Below are positions 1 through 11,604 of a DNA stretch of 64,000 bases, piece after piece. A program made the translations under genes and the position numbers. Source of the DNA: Octopus sinensis (Eukaryota); assembly GCF_006345805.1 (NCBI RefSeq), contig NC_043008.1:25730001-25794000 (forward strand), written 5' to 3'. How positions within the stretch are numbered: position 1 is the first letter of the stretch; every line of letters starts with the position of its first letter. Under the pieces are notes generated by a model, which saw only the letters and a program-made list of their open reading frames with translations, was not told the DNA's origin and did no database searches.

Positions 1-150
1 TTATTTCTCCAACTAAAGGATAACACATTCACACACACATACAGACACACATCCATGCACCTACACACACACACAAAACATATATATGTTTGCACATGCA
101 TATATATATGGTGGTTGTCTCCTTATGCAGAGTTTGACCATCTCCTGCAC

Positions 151-360
151 CTACACCTTAACACCATCATAGCAACTGATGTGGCTTTTTAAACCAGACA
201 ATGTTCTGAAAAGACACCCACATAGATTGTACCTCCAATTTGGACCACCAAGAACTGCAGATAAGTTCTGCTCTTTGTTGATCTTAAAATGTCTTTTGAG
301 GCCTCTGTTGTATTTGCAAACCTTCTGGCATACACTACATTCAAAGGTGTGCCCTGACAT
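151..360 (-). pseudogene. Degenerate C2H2-like zinc-finger pair, most likely the C-terminus of an old RTE-type LINE ORF
   Basis: Translation FECSVCQKVCKYNRGLKRHFKI...YNLCGCLFRTLSGLKSHIS (CxxC...GLxxH). No splice context is visible, and RTE ORFs often end in this finger type. Confidence 0.4.
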
Positions 361-394
361 ATAGGCAGAATATGTGTGTGTGTGTGTGTCTATA

Positions 395-710
395 TGTGGT
401 TAAAAGTTTGCTGTTCAACCACACTATACCCTTCAGCCAACAGAGGCTTCATAAGGGATTTGGTAGAAGGTAAGTGGAAGAAGACAGTTGTGTATACAGC
501 AGCGTCTGTGTGTGTGTGTATCTCTGAGCCTGTGATTCTCACTCATCACTGCTTGGTTTCTTTATATCCCTGTAACTTAGTGGTTCAGCAAAAGAGACTG
601 ATAGAATAAGTACCAAGCTCAAAAACTAAGTACTGAGGTTAATTCATTCAAATAAAACCACTATATTTCATGGCTACTGCCTAATGACTGAAACAAACAT
701 ACGATAAAAG
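395..710 (+). mobile_element. tRNA-derived SINE, family A (degenerate)
   Basis: Shares blocks tgtggt..aagtttgct..caaccac, gatttggtag, gtaacttagtggttcagcaaaagagactgatagaataagtac and tail gactgaaacaa with copies at 4855-5205, 56665-57005 and 59690-60055. Confidence 0.7.
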
Positions 711-1439
711 TTAATAGATATATGTGTGAGTATGTGTATATATACATACATACCCACTTACACACACACATAAGAAATTAGATGTAAACAGACAATGTGA
801 TCGAAGACAAAAGTGGGTAATGAGTGTATATGCTATATTTCAGAGGTTGTTGTCCTTTCTTCAGCACCCATCTAACCCATTATTGCCTCTGAACACATTG
901 CTTATATAGCCACTGCATACAACGGCATTAAGTTATTGGATATACCAATTTACATATTAGACACATCCCTGGAGCTGGTATATAAACATTGAAGATTTGT
1001 AGGCACGTGATACTTCATTACGCAAACACAATATACTATAAGGCATACTAAATGTTTTCAGAAGTCAGTAGCATGTTCTATTGTGTCAGCACTGCTCTTA
1101 CATTATTTTAAGGTTATTTCTATCGATATTCTATAACTTATAGCCAGCACTGATTTTTGCTGCGTTTCATATCAAGACATCAGATGTAAACAGACAATGT
1201 GATTGAACTTGCCAGTTTGCCTACTTTAGTCTTGTCAAAGGAATGATTAACAAGATTGTAGTTTGGTTGATTAGCAGAATTATCTGGTGCTGCTAAGCTA
1301 TTGTATCTGAGTAACACCATACAGTAATCTGCTGATTTTGATATGCCAAGCAAATTAACCAATTAATAAAATAGGATCTTTGTCAATTTTCAGTAAATTT
1401 CATAATAAACAATTATCTAGCTTTAAGTTTGTAGCAAAC

Positions 1440-2250
1440 CAACAGTGTGGTAGAGCATGTTTGAATGGTTCAAAAAGGTGATAGTTGGAAAGGATGAGAT
1501 CTAGACTGTTTCAGCAACCCTAGACCCAGTTTTTCAATGGTTTCAATGGTGTAGGTTGCAGGTGAGTATGCATTGTCATGCAACAATAGCACTTGCTTTA
1601 ATGATAGAACTCAGTGTTTGGTTCAAAATTGCTGGTTTCAGTTTGTTGGCCAGCATTTCACTGGTGTCTTTAGACCCTTTTTCTAGGTAATGTTTCAGTA
1701 TAGGCCTTTTTGTGTCTGAAGAAAAGATGATTAGCATCACTTTCTCTGCGGAAGTTTGAGTCTTGAATTTCTTTCTCCTTGGCAATTCCAGATGTTTCCA
1801 CTCTATAATCTGTCTTTTGGATTCTAGTTCAAAATGATGGACCCTGGTCTCATCTTATGTGACAATTTTCTCCATAAAAGCTTTGCCTTAACCAATGGTT
1901 AAATAACAGATCTCCACATGATTGCATTTATGTACTTTGGTAAGCTCTCTTAGCTCCTATCTCTCATGGACTTTATGGAAGTGAAGCTTTTCATGGATGA
2001 TTTCATATGCAGAAGCATGGCTAATTTGCCAAGAACATCCTACCTCATCACTCGTTGGTTTGCTAGAGACCAATGGTCACTTGTTAGTTTGCTAGAATCA
2101 TCTCTTGAGTCTCTTGAATCTTCATGCCAGTGATGGTGGTTGATGGATATCCTGCTCCCTCTTTATGCTTCACACTTGTTTGGACATTTTTAAACTTCTC
2201 TTTTCATTCATACACATTTCTACATAGTAGAACACTGTCTCCAACTTGAA
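1440..2250 (-). mobile_element. Old mariner (Tc1/mariner) transposase relic
   Basis: Minus-strand fragments DETRVHHFELESKRQIIEWKH and PRRKKFKTQTSAEKVMLIIFSSDTKRPILKHYLEKG are mariner catalytic-domain motifs, with stops and frameshifts. Confidence 0.75.
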
Positions 2251-2793
2251 CTGAAAGCCTGTGAGGAATTTCAGCCTGTGACACACCGTCAAACCAGAGA
2301 AATCAGATCACCGATCTCTGTTCTTCCTTGGTCCATGCTGCCAGTGGAGTAGCCAAGTGTACTCTGTAATACAAGAAAGAAAAACTGAAGTGATCAAGGT
2401 CAAGCCATATAACCACTAGAGTACTACATTTGAAACACACAAATACTAAAAGCGGTATGACCAATCTAAAGAAAGTTTTAGTGAAAGATAATTTCTGTTA
2501 AATGCATGAACAAAATTGTGAATATGAATGCATGGTCTGAAGAGTATTGATAAAGCTTTCTGTATTAAGGAAGAAAGCCAACTGTACCCCTTGGTTGTTT
2601 AAAAAAAGTGTATGCATTTTAGAGAACATTTCTGGTAGACTTGCCTTCCTTTTAACATTTTAATTCTTTATTCTCCAGCTTAAAGCCACATACAGCTGGC
2701 TGTGCTGGAATACTGGATTTGATTTCAGATGTGTAAAGAGTAAAAAGAAACACTGCAAGGCATTATATCAGAAAGTCTTATGTGTATATGTTA

Positions 2794-2855
<62 letters not shown>

Positions 2856-3490
2856 TCTGTGTCAGTCATTAGACTGTGGCTGTGTAAATGCATGTGTATA
2901 TGTTTGTGTATGTAAACACATACACACATACATAGCTATGTATATGCATGTGTAAGGGTATTTAATGATAGACAGACACTAGTGTAGATGCTGAATGCTA
3001 GGTGAAAGAAATTGTGAGTTGAATGTCTAATGAAATAAGGTATTGAAGTGTAAAGTGACAATCAGATCACACTGAGATATAGAAAGAGTGGTCCTCTGGT
3101 AGCAGGCCAGTTTCAGTATATTGAGAAATATTTCCATTAAGAATAACATTGTGCTAAAATATCCTAGAATGTTATAAATGTTGTATTTGTCTTTCAGCAG
3201 ATTTGATAAAAACTTTTTAGAATTAGTTGATGTTACTTCCTCTACTGCAAGTTCAAATTCTTCTGGCATAAACATTGCCTTTAATCCACTTTATGAAATA
3301 AGGACAGGAAAGTATTCCTCACAATCCACAATATGAAGGAGGGGCTCTTCTCACCTTCACTTGTCTGTAAAGTTTAACATTTACTGAGTAAAATAAATTC
3401 ATTTTATTGCTAAAGAGGTTGTGCTGATTTGGTATTGTTGGGATGGTCATAGCAATATAAGGTAGGAGTAAAAAGTAAAAGATATAGGTA

Positions 3491-4779
3491 TGAGGGGCGT
3501 TCAATAAGTAATGCCCCTGACCCACTTCCCATAGCAGTAGAGCAACGAAACTTGGCACAGTTATTAGTCTTTTTCTACATAGGAATCACACAGAGTTACG
3601 CATTTCTCCCATTGCTTTATGCAGCTCTGGAGACCGTTTTCGTAGAAGACCCCAGCTTGGTCCTCCAACCTGAACGTGACTTCAGAAATCAAGGCTGCAT
3701 CATCTGGGAAATGCTTTCCTTTCAAAAACAACTTCATGACTGGGAAGAGGTGAAATCAGAGGGTGCAAGGTCAGGAAAGTAGGGGGATGGGGGAGGAGTT
3801 CATAGCCATACGCCTGTGCTTCTGATCTGGCGACAAGCGAGTTGTGGACTGGAGCGTTGTCCTGCAGGAGGAGGATGCGTTTGCTGATCTTGCCCCGCCT
3901 CTTGATTTTGATAACTTCTCTTAATTTCCTCAAAAGTGAAGCATAATAGGCTCCTGCAATTGTGGTACCCTTTGCCAGGAAATCTGTCATCAATACTCCG
4001 TCCTGGTCCCAGAAGACTGTGAGCATGACCTTGCCAGCAGAGGGCTGCACCCTTGACTTCTTTGGAGGGGGTGAGTCACGGTGCTTCCACTGCATTGACT
4101 GGGCTTTGGTCTCTGGATCATCGTGATGGACCCAGGTTTAATCCTGTGTAATCAGTCTTTTGAAAAATTTTGACTCATCTTCTTGGCGCATCTTCAAATT
4201 CACCCTTGAGCACTCGACGCGTTCTTGCTTCTGGAAAGGCGTGAGCAACTTGGGAATCCATCTGGCAGACACCTTTTGCATATGCAAATGGTCATGAATG
4301 ATAGTTTCCACAGACCCGGTACTAATCTTGACCTCATGGGCTATTTGGCGAATAGTTATGCGTCGATCTTCCAAAATAGCAGCCTCAACTTGACGGACAG
4401 ATGCCTCATCAATGGCAGAAGGGGCGACCAGATCTGGGAGCTATTTCCACAGAGTTCCGACCATGTTTGAATTCACGATGCCAGCGTTTTACAAGGTCAT
4501 ATGATGGGGCATCATCACCATAAGTTACTTTCATTTCATCAAAAGTCTCCCGTGGTGTGCGTCCTTTCAAATACAAAAACCGGATCACTGCTCGACACTC
4601 AACAGGCTCCATTTCACACTTGACTCGATTCAAACACCTGTAAATCGGAAACCACAATTAATTCAGAGCTGTAATTTGCCACTTACTCTATAGAGATATA
4701 AATGATTGCACATGCAAAATCTCAGCTAGATCAAACAACTGCAAGTGGGTCAGAGGCATTACTTATTGAACGTCCCTCG
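3491..4779 (-). mobile_element. Full-length (1289 bp) defective mariner transposon
   Basis: TIRs (t/c)gaggggcgttcaataagtaatgcc..tgacccactt at 3491 and the reverse complement ending at 4779. TA dinucleotides at 3489-3490 and 4780-4781 form the TSD. Confidence 0.95.
3564..4612 (-). pseudogene. Mariner transposase, frameshifted
   Basis: ATG at 4612 (MEPVECRAVIRFL...), HTH region, ITQD, QWKHRDSPPPKKSRVQPSAGKVMLTVFWD, LLQDNAPVH, stop TAA at 3564. Broken into three or more ORF pieces. Confidence 0.9.
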
Positions 4780-4854
4780 TAAGAGTCTGTATTCTAAAGA
4801 CATGAATGACTCAACTATAAATATGTATTTCCATGTCTTTTTATTGCTTTTTTT

Positions 4855-5205
4855 TATTATGTTTTAGTCATTAGAATGCAACCATGCTGGGGCACTGCCT
4901 TGAGGAATTTTAGTTGAACTATTCGACTGAAATACTTATTTTCTTTTTATGCCTGGTACTTAGTCTATCAGTCTCTTTGGCTGAAGTGCCAAGTTACAAG
5001 GATGTAAACATACCAATATCAGTTTTCAAGCAGTGATGGGGAGGAACAGACACAAAGGCACACACACACACACACACACATAATGAACTTCTTTCAGTTT
5101 CTGCCTACTAAATCCACTCACAAGGCTGGTCTGAAGCTATAGTTGAAGACACTTGCCCAAGGTGCTACGCAGTGGGAGTGTACCTGGAACCATGTGGCTG
5201 GAAAT
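4855..5205 (-). mobile_element. tRNA-derived SINE, family A
   Basis: Reverse complement of the family A head (aaccatgtgg...gacacttgcccaaggtg) and tail (ttttagtcattagaatgcaaccatgctggggcactgcc), with an internal (CA)n. Confidence 0.7.
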
Positions 5206-5239
5206 TAATTAGTAATATTATTATAATTATCTAAAGTGT

Positions 5240-5450
5240 TGAGCTGGTAGAATCGTTAGCATGCAGGACAAAATACTTAATGGCATTTCATCTGTCTTAA
5301 CGTTCTGAGTTCAAATTCTGCCAAGGTTGACTTTGCCTTTCATCCTTTTAGGTTCGATTAAATAAGTACCAGTCAAGCACTGGGGTTGATGTAATTTGAC
5401 TTTGCTCCTTCCCCAATATTGCTGACCTTGTGCTAAAATTTGAAACCAAT
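5240..5450 (+). mobile_element. tRNA-derived SINE, family B
   Basis: gagctggtagaatcgttagc (A-box-like), ttctgagttcaaattc (B-box-like), gactttgcctttcatcc...aataagtaccagt. Related copies at 24850-25065, 58197-58410 and 61090-61340. Confidence 0.75.
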
Positions 5451-6245
5451 ATTATCATTGTTGTTGTTATTCAGCTTCATATGTGTGCGCGTGTGTGTGT
5501 GCACGTGCATGCATGGGTGTGAGTGTGTGTTCGTATGTGTGTCGTGTGTGAAGCTAAAGCTTCTTGCATCATTAATTTGAGTTTCATGCTGCTGATTTTT
5601 CAATCAATCGAAAAAGAATGGCAACAGTGTAATAATATATAAGTGGAAATATTCATCAACACATTAACATCGGTTGTGATTAACATAAACAATTGACTTG
5701 TTGCCAAAAAGAAAAAACCTTGGGAAATAGATCACACACTCATCTATTTAATTTTTATATGCAGGATAACTTTTATCTATTCATTCACACATTTGTAGTT
5801 TTGCCGATGAGATTTAAAATATTGTTGCCAGGGACACATTGTAGTATATACCAAAAGTTATACATCTTATTAATCATTATGTGCTGACCTTAGGTCGACA
5901 CTCTACTGTGTCTAATATATCTAATACACCTCTACATTTTTGTGCTCAGTATTATATACTTAAAACACTCAAAAGCAAGAAAGTGGCTACTGTTTATGTA
6001 GTTTGAGAAATGATGAAAAACTGAATTTTTCACTTTGAAAATGTAATCATCCTTTAAGGCCTGGCAAATCCATTATGTAGGAAACAAACAACTTCAATAA
6101 CTTGCTGCTTGAAAATTCCACAACAAAAATTTCTAGAAGTACCTGTAAGAATTTAAAATTGGGTGATGTAGAAAGTTAAAGAATTTACCAATAATATACA
6201 TACATATGTGTGTGTGTTTGAGTGTGTGTGTTTGAGTGTGTGTGT

Positions 6246-6648
6246 CTATCTATCTATCTATAAATATATATATATCTTAGAAGGTTTGGAGATGATGTAT
6301 AGGTATTATATATTAGAAGAAATGAGGTACTCAGAAATCCGGATGGTTTTATATTTACAGGTATTTATTAGTATGATAAATGTTTTTATACATCATATAT
6401 CTGATATTAGCGCTTTCGTCCATTCTAGTGGAGTCTTCAAATTGAGTTCAATTTGAAAACTCCACTAGAATGGACGAAAGCACTAATATATGATATATGA
6501 AGTATAAAGACATGTAATATACAAATAAATACCTGTAAATATAAAACCATCCGGATTTCTAAGTAACTCATTTCTTCTAATATATAATACCTGTACATCA
6601 TCTCCAAACCTTCTAAGATATATATATATTTATAGATAGATAGATAGA
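6246..6648. repeat. ~400-bp near-perfect palindrome (fold-back element) centred at 6446/6447
   Basis: Left arm cttagaaggtttggagatgatg...ctagtggagtcttcaaattga is the reverse complement of right arm tcaatttgaaaactccactag...catcatctccaaaccttctaag. The symmetry extends into flanking (TA)n/(CTAT)n. Confidence 0.95.
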
Positions 6649-6726
6649 TTGATACATATATTCTTAAGGGCAGTGCTCCAGTATGGCCACAGTCAACTGA
6701 CTGAAACAAGTAAAAGAGTAAAAGAA

Positions 6727-6772
6727 TATATTGCATATATATATATATATATATATCTATATAAATATATAT

Positions 6773-6810
<38 letters not shown>

Positions 6811-6897
6811 AGTGAGAGAGAGAGAAAAAGAGTGAGAGAGAGAGAAAAAGAGTGAGAGAGAGAGAAAAAGAGTGAGAGAGAGAGAGAGAGAGAAAGA
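6727..6897. repeat. (TA)n followed by (AG)n with a 22-bp higher-order unit
   Basis: Unit agagagagagaaaaagagtgag occurs three times. Confidence 0.9.
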
Positions 6898-7949
6898 GTC
6901 ATATATATATAAACTTCATTATTGTTTTCACATCTCTTCTCTGTGTTGACATGGGTGAATGGACAAGACATTGTGGGATACAAAACATGTTTGTAGGGAA
7001 GAAAAATAAAAATTTTAAAGTACTGCATTGATAAACTCTAATCGGCAAAAATGTACAGTGACAAGAGGTAGAAATATTACAAGTGTGGATGAATGTAAAT
7101 ATTGAAAAAAAAAACGTATTTGGCCAAATTTGGATATATGACAATTTAAAATAATAGCAACGATATATACATACATCTTTTTACTTTTTACATATGCCCA
7201 TATATACATATATCAATATGTCTAAGCATACACATTTACATATATATATATATATGAAAGGGAGTGTAATTTGTTTTGCTGTTTCTATAAAAAAAAATCA
7301 TAACCTTCTTTTCTGTATTTACACTAATCCTTTTAGAAACAAATCTACTAATATTATGTTGTTAGTATTAATTAGATAAAATTACTCATCATAAATCATT
7401 TGTCAAACTTTCAATGACACCACATTCCTCTTCAGTAGGTAATTCCCCGCTTGCAATTTACATAATTACATGTTCATTTTAATAAAAGAAAGTAAGCCCC
7501 ATATGTTAAGCAAGTTAGTTATAAATTTTTTTGTGAAATTTTCGAGAACTTATGAATGTATCAACTCAGGTTGTAAGTAAAAATATTTGTATGTGTCCTT
7601 AATTTATTTTTCTATTTTTTCTTTGTGTTTAAGTTCACATGTTTATTTTACTGCTACTTCTAATGGAGTTTTTTTTATATATATCTTTCACCATATTTGA
7701 TTTACTTGAAACAAATATGATTTTTTCTGTTTGTGCAAATCATTGTTCACTTGGTAAATGCAATAATTTTTCTCCAACTGAATATATTTGTTGAAACATT
7801 TAAAATCAAATCCTTGTAAGTTAGTGCATACTTATTAGACTTTTAAAAATATCATTTGTATATATGGTATTCTCCAGTCAAATTAATTTGAATTTTATAG
7901 TCATCTCTTGTTTCTGTGAATAAAAATTAATAGTTTAAATAGTTTCTGT

Positions 7950-8600
7950 GAACAAAAATTAATCATTTAAGTAATTTGAAGTTTTTGATTCTCTTCATTT
8001 TTGTTAAACTAGAATTGTCTAAACTTCAAGAAATTATTAGACTAGGTTTATGGCCTTTTGAAAGATATTTCCAGCACTGGCCTTTCTATCACTATTTCCT
8101 TTTGTAGGTGCTATCCAAGCATTACTTCCAATTTTATTACAGAGTATAAAGTTAAGCCATTCTAACTTTCAACACATCTTTGAATATTCTTATTTCATCC
8201 ATCAGAAACAAACATTATAACATATCCTGTTTTCAGACTTTAGTATGTGTGCATTTACAGACACATTTCTTCTAACTGCCAGCTCAGTTTCCTTAATTTC
8301 ACTTTTATTTATGTTTATGTTTAAGCCTACACATTTGCCTATTTCCTCTTGCTTTTATATCATTCTTTGTGTTCTTGATGTTTCACAACTAAGCAAAACA
8401 ATATCATCAGCATAACCTTAAGCTGCCAAATACTTTCCATAAATTCATTCATTCTTAACTGTCATCTCTGATTGTTTCCCGCATGATATATTTTATTTGA
8501 ACTCTAAGCAAGAGAAATGATAGAATACATCCTGGAAGCACTACTCTTCCTACTTCAAATTTGAGAGCTAAACATCTATGCTTTCTTGACATTTATTTCC
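7950..8600 (-). mobile_element. Old RTE-like reverse transcriptase relic
   Basis: Minus-strand GCILS.., YADDIVLLSCE, GLNININKSE motifs with many stops. Confidence 0.6.
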
Positions 8601-8949
8601 TCAATGTATTTCACCATTTACATTGGTATAATCGCAGCAGAGAAGTAATTTCGAAATGTAACTTACTCAAGGTCTACACATGCTGGCTGAGTTCCCCCTA
8701 TAGTTATGTATAGGCTTAATCCAAAATAACTGATTAGTTCAACCCCACAATTACTAGGAGTCTCAGATCTCACCTGAGTTTTGTAGAAGGTTCTTAGTTG
8801 ATGGGTCAAAAGTGTTTGCAAGCACTGAAGAGGGAGATCAATATTTTAGATGCTATGATAAAGATAGCTGTTTGCAAAAAAAGTTTTTACTGATAGCAGA
8901 ACCTAATATTCTAAGTGTTCTCTACTGTTTTGTTATGTTTAAATGAGGC

Positions 8950-10800
8950 AGTATGCATTAAGGATTTCTTGAAATATGCAGTGACTGGGTTTTCTTGACA
9001 TGGCGTCTGTTATGAAACATAGAGTAAGAGTACATGCAAATGATGAGTGGGTGCAGAAGTTTGGTATCATCTGTTTACGAATAAATTTTGTTGTAGTTTA
9101 TGGAGAGTAGACCGCTGATATAGAGGAGCAAAAATATGAGGGACACAATCAAACACTAGAGCAGAGCATACCAGAGTTGACAGAGTGTGGGTCAGACAGA
9201 ACTTCTTCAGTGGTATACATATACAATCTGATAGGAAATCCTTGAACCAAGAGATGAGAAACAAATAGAACTCATAGGTGTGTAATTTTGAGTGAAGAAT
9301 CATGTACAGGATACTGTCAAAAGTTTCGCTGATAAAGAGTGCTACACGACTACTTTCTCCAGATTTCTCATAAATGGAAGCTTGAGGGTGAGGGACATGT
9401 GATTTTAAGTCTCTGACTGATCTGGCTTTATGAAAACCATACAGATGGTCGTTAAGAAGAGGTAGAGAGACTGAAGAGTTTGGTGAGAGTGGGAGCTAAC
9501 TGGGATGGTGATGGTCATTGTTAAGAGAAGGACTTTGACAAGACTGAAGGTCTTATTTGTTTGAAATGACCAGATGACTTTTGCACTTGGCATGTATATG
9601 TGGAAGCTTTTTCCTGGGGAGTAGTGTTCAAAGAACCATCACAACTGAAAAGTAGAAGAATAAAGGAGATTTTAAAGTTGACAGAAGTATCAAAATGTAT
9701 CAAAAGACTAAATGAATTGGCTTTTTGAGAAGACCAGGGAGGTTGAGGGATACCCTTCACAGTTCAGATGATGGTTAATCAGGAGTTGTATGATGAGATT
9801 AAAAGCTGTCCAATTAATAGGATGAGCTAATTTTCATCTAGTGTTGCTGATCATATCATTTGCCTTGAATTGCAACTGGGCTATGAGTGAAACACCTGGA
9901 GATACTGAGCTATGGGGTTTTGTAGTGTGGAGAAGAGAAGAGATATGCCTAACAGGTTGTTAACAGTCACTCAGCCAACTGTCTCTGATAGTTCAGGAAG
10001 GAATCACTTGTATTCCTTTAAATAGCTTAGGACTGGTTGTGTTTCAACTATTTAGACATCTTGAAGTGCTATGCAATCAATTACGCTGAAGGAACTGTAT
10101 TGTATGTGAGTGTGTAGTGAGTAGATATGGCTAGAGGTATTGATTAGAGAACCTGATAGAGCAAAGTGGTTTGTTTGAAGTGAGAACAAGATCAAGGAGC
10201 TTAGGAGTGTCAGTATGTCAGTTAGGGACATATGTAAAGAGTGAAATTGGGTGATGTAGAAAGTTAAAGACTGAGAAAGATTTCTAGTTATCCGAGGAAA
10301 AGTATGTCTTATGTTACTAAGTACTCTCTACTCATACTGCTGGCAGCATCATTATAGAGTGAGAGTAACATCACAGGAAAATTGAAGTCACCAAGGATGA
10401 TGACTTCAGAGAGAGAAGAGGTGAAATATAATGTCCTTAATGTAAAACAGATATGGTCAAAACGTTTTAGGTGTTTAGAGATTTGCAGACAAAGCAAATG
10501 TATTTAAAGAAGTGGGAAGAAAGATTTTGAGTGTGAATAATTGGAAACCATTTTTGGTTGGAGAGTTAATGGTAAAGAGAGTGGAAACTACATATCTGCA
10601 TACACCACCTTTCAGAGTGAGGTTTGACTGAGTGCTGCCTGGCTAGTTGAGATAGACTGTCAATAGAGGCTGAAAGGTTTATGCCATGTAGCAGAATGGG
10701 TTGAGTGGTTTTCATGTTGGAAGGGATGTATGAGGTTTTGGTTAAAACAATAAGAAAGAAGCAGAAAATGGGTTCCATTTGAGTTTTTAGCTTCTCAGGA
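8950..10800 (-). mobile_element. CR1/L2/Jockey-type LINE relic (APE endonuclease + RT)
   Basis: EN motif VIILGDFNFP (10309-10497 ORF); RT remnants LNDHLYGFHKARSVRD, ETFDSI, LISWFKDFLSD, SVNSG. Confidence 0.7.
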
Positions 10801-10839
10801 TGTACAGAACTGACAAAAAAGTATATCCTGTAGTTATGG

Positions 10840-11224
10840 TTTAGATGGTGGTGTTCTCAGATTGTGGAACCATCTAATGATGACTCCACTCAGAAGGTTG
10901 TAATATCATTTGATAAAGGAACACGTTACAAGGAATTCCTAGAATGAGGCTGTAACTTTAAATACATTTACTCTCGGTCTCAAATATATACAAGTTGAAT
11001 AATAATGGAAAGAGTTTGATGTGTGGAGGCCATGCTCATCTTCTGTGCATTACTTCATGTCTGCTAGCTGGTGTGTGTTGTAGCTAGGTCATGTCTTCAC
11101 AGTCTGGTGTCTCATTGTGTAAGAGGAAATGCCAAGGCTTAGTGTCAGCACCTAACCGCTCTTGCACCATCTAGTTGTGAGCTTGTTTAAACAGCTGCTG
11201 TCAAGGGAGGTAGCTGCACCTACA
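10840..11224 (-). repeat. 3' LTR
   Basis: Direct repeat of 16036-16418; starts TGTAGG on the minus strand immediately after the PPT. Confidence 0.9.
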
Positions 11225-11238
11225 GTCCCCTCTCCCCT
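11225..11238 (-). promoter_or_regulatory. Polypurine tract (AGGGGAGAGGGGAC)
   Basis: Purine run directly abutting the 3' LTR start. Confidence 0.85.
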
Positions 11239-11604
11239 TAGACCTGAAGCGGTCAAATAAGAGTAAGGCAGGCGAAGAATGTGTGCAATAGGAGGGCACA
11301 GAAGAATGAAACATAGCAAAACAGTTGAATGAACAATGCAAGAGTACAAAATTTTGAGGAAACATGCAGAAACATGCCTGTTCTTGTAGAAAACAATATG
11401 TGTGATACATAGAATCCGAACTATGGCAGAACAGTTGAAAAATACAATGCAAGTATGTAGAAGGAAAAACGTTCAGCAAAGAAAGGTGTCCAATCAAAAA
11501 GAACAAAGTATATATGTACAATGGTACAGAAAGAGAGGAAATATGGATGCAGCGTCTATGACAACATAAGTCTATTCTCTGGAACAGTCACTGGTGAGGC
11601 AAAG

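Noticed and set aside
151-360. Host C2H2 zinc-finger gene
   Set aside because: Fingers are degenerate, lack TGEKP linkers, and fit a LINE C-terminus better.
3198-3345. Possible + strand host exon after ttgtatttgtctttcag (RFDKNFLELVDVTSS...)
   Set aside because: The acceptor is plausible, but there is no convincing donor, a stop follows, I do not recognise the protein, and no partner exons are visible.
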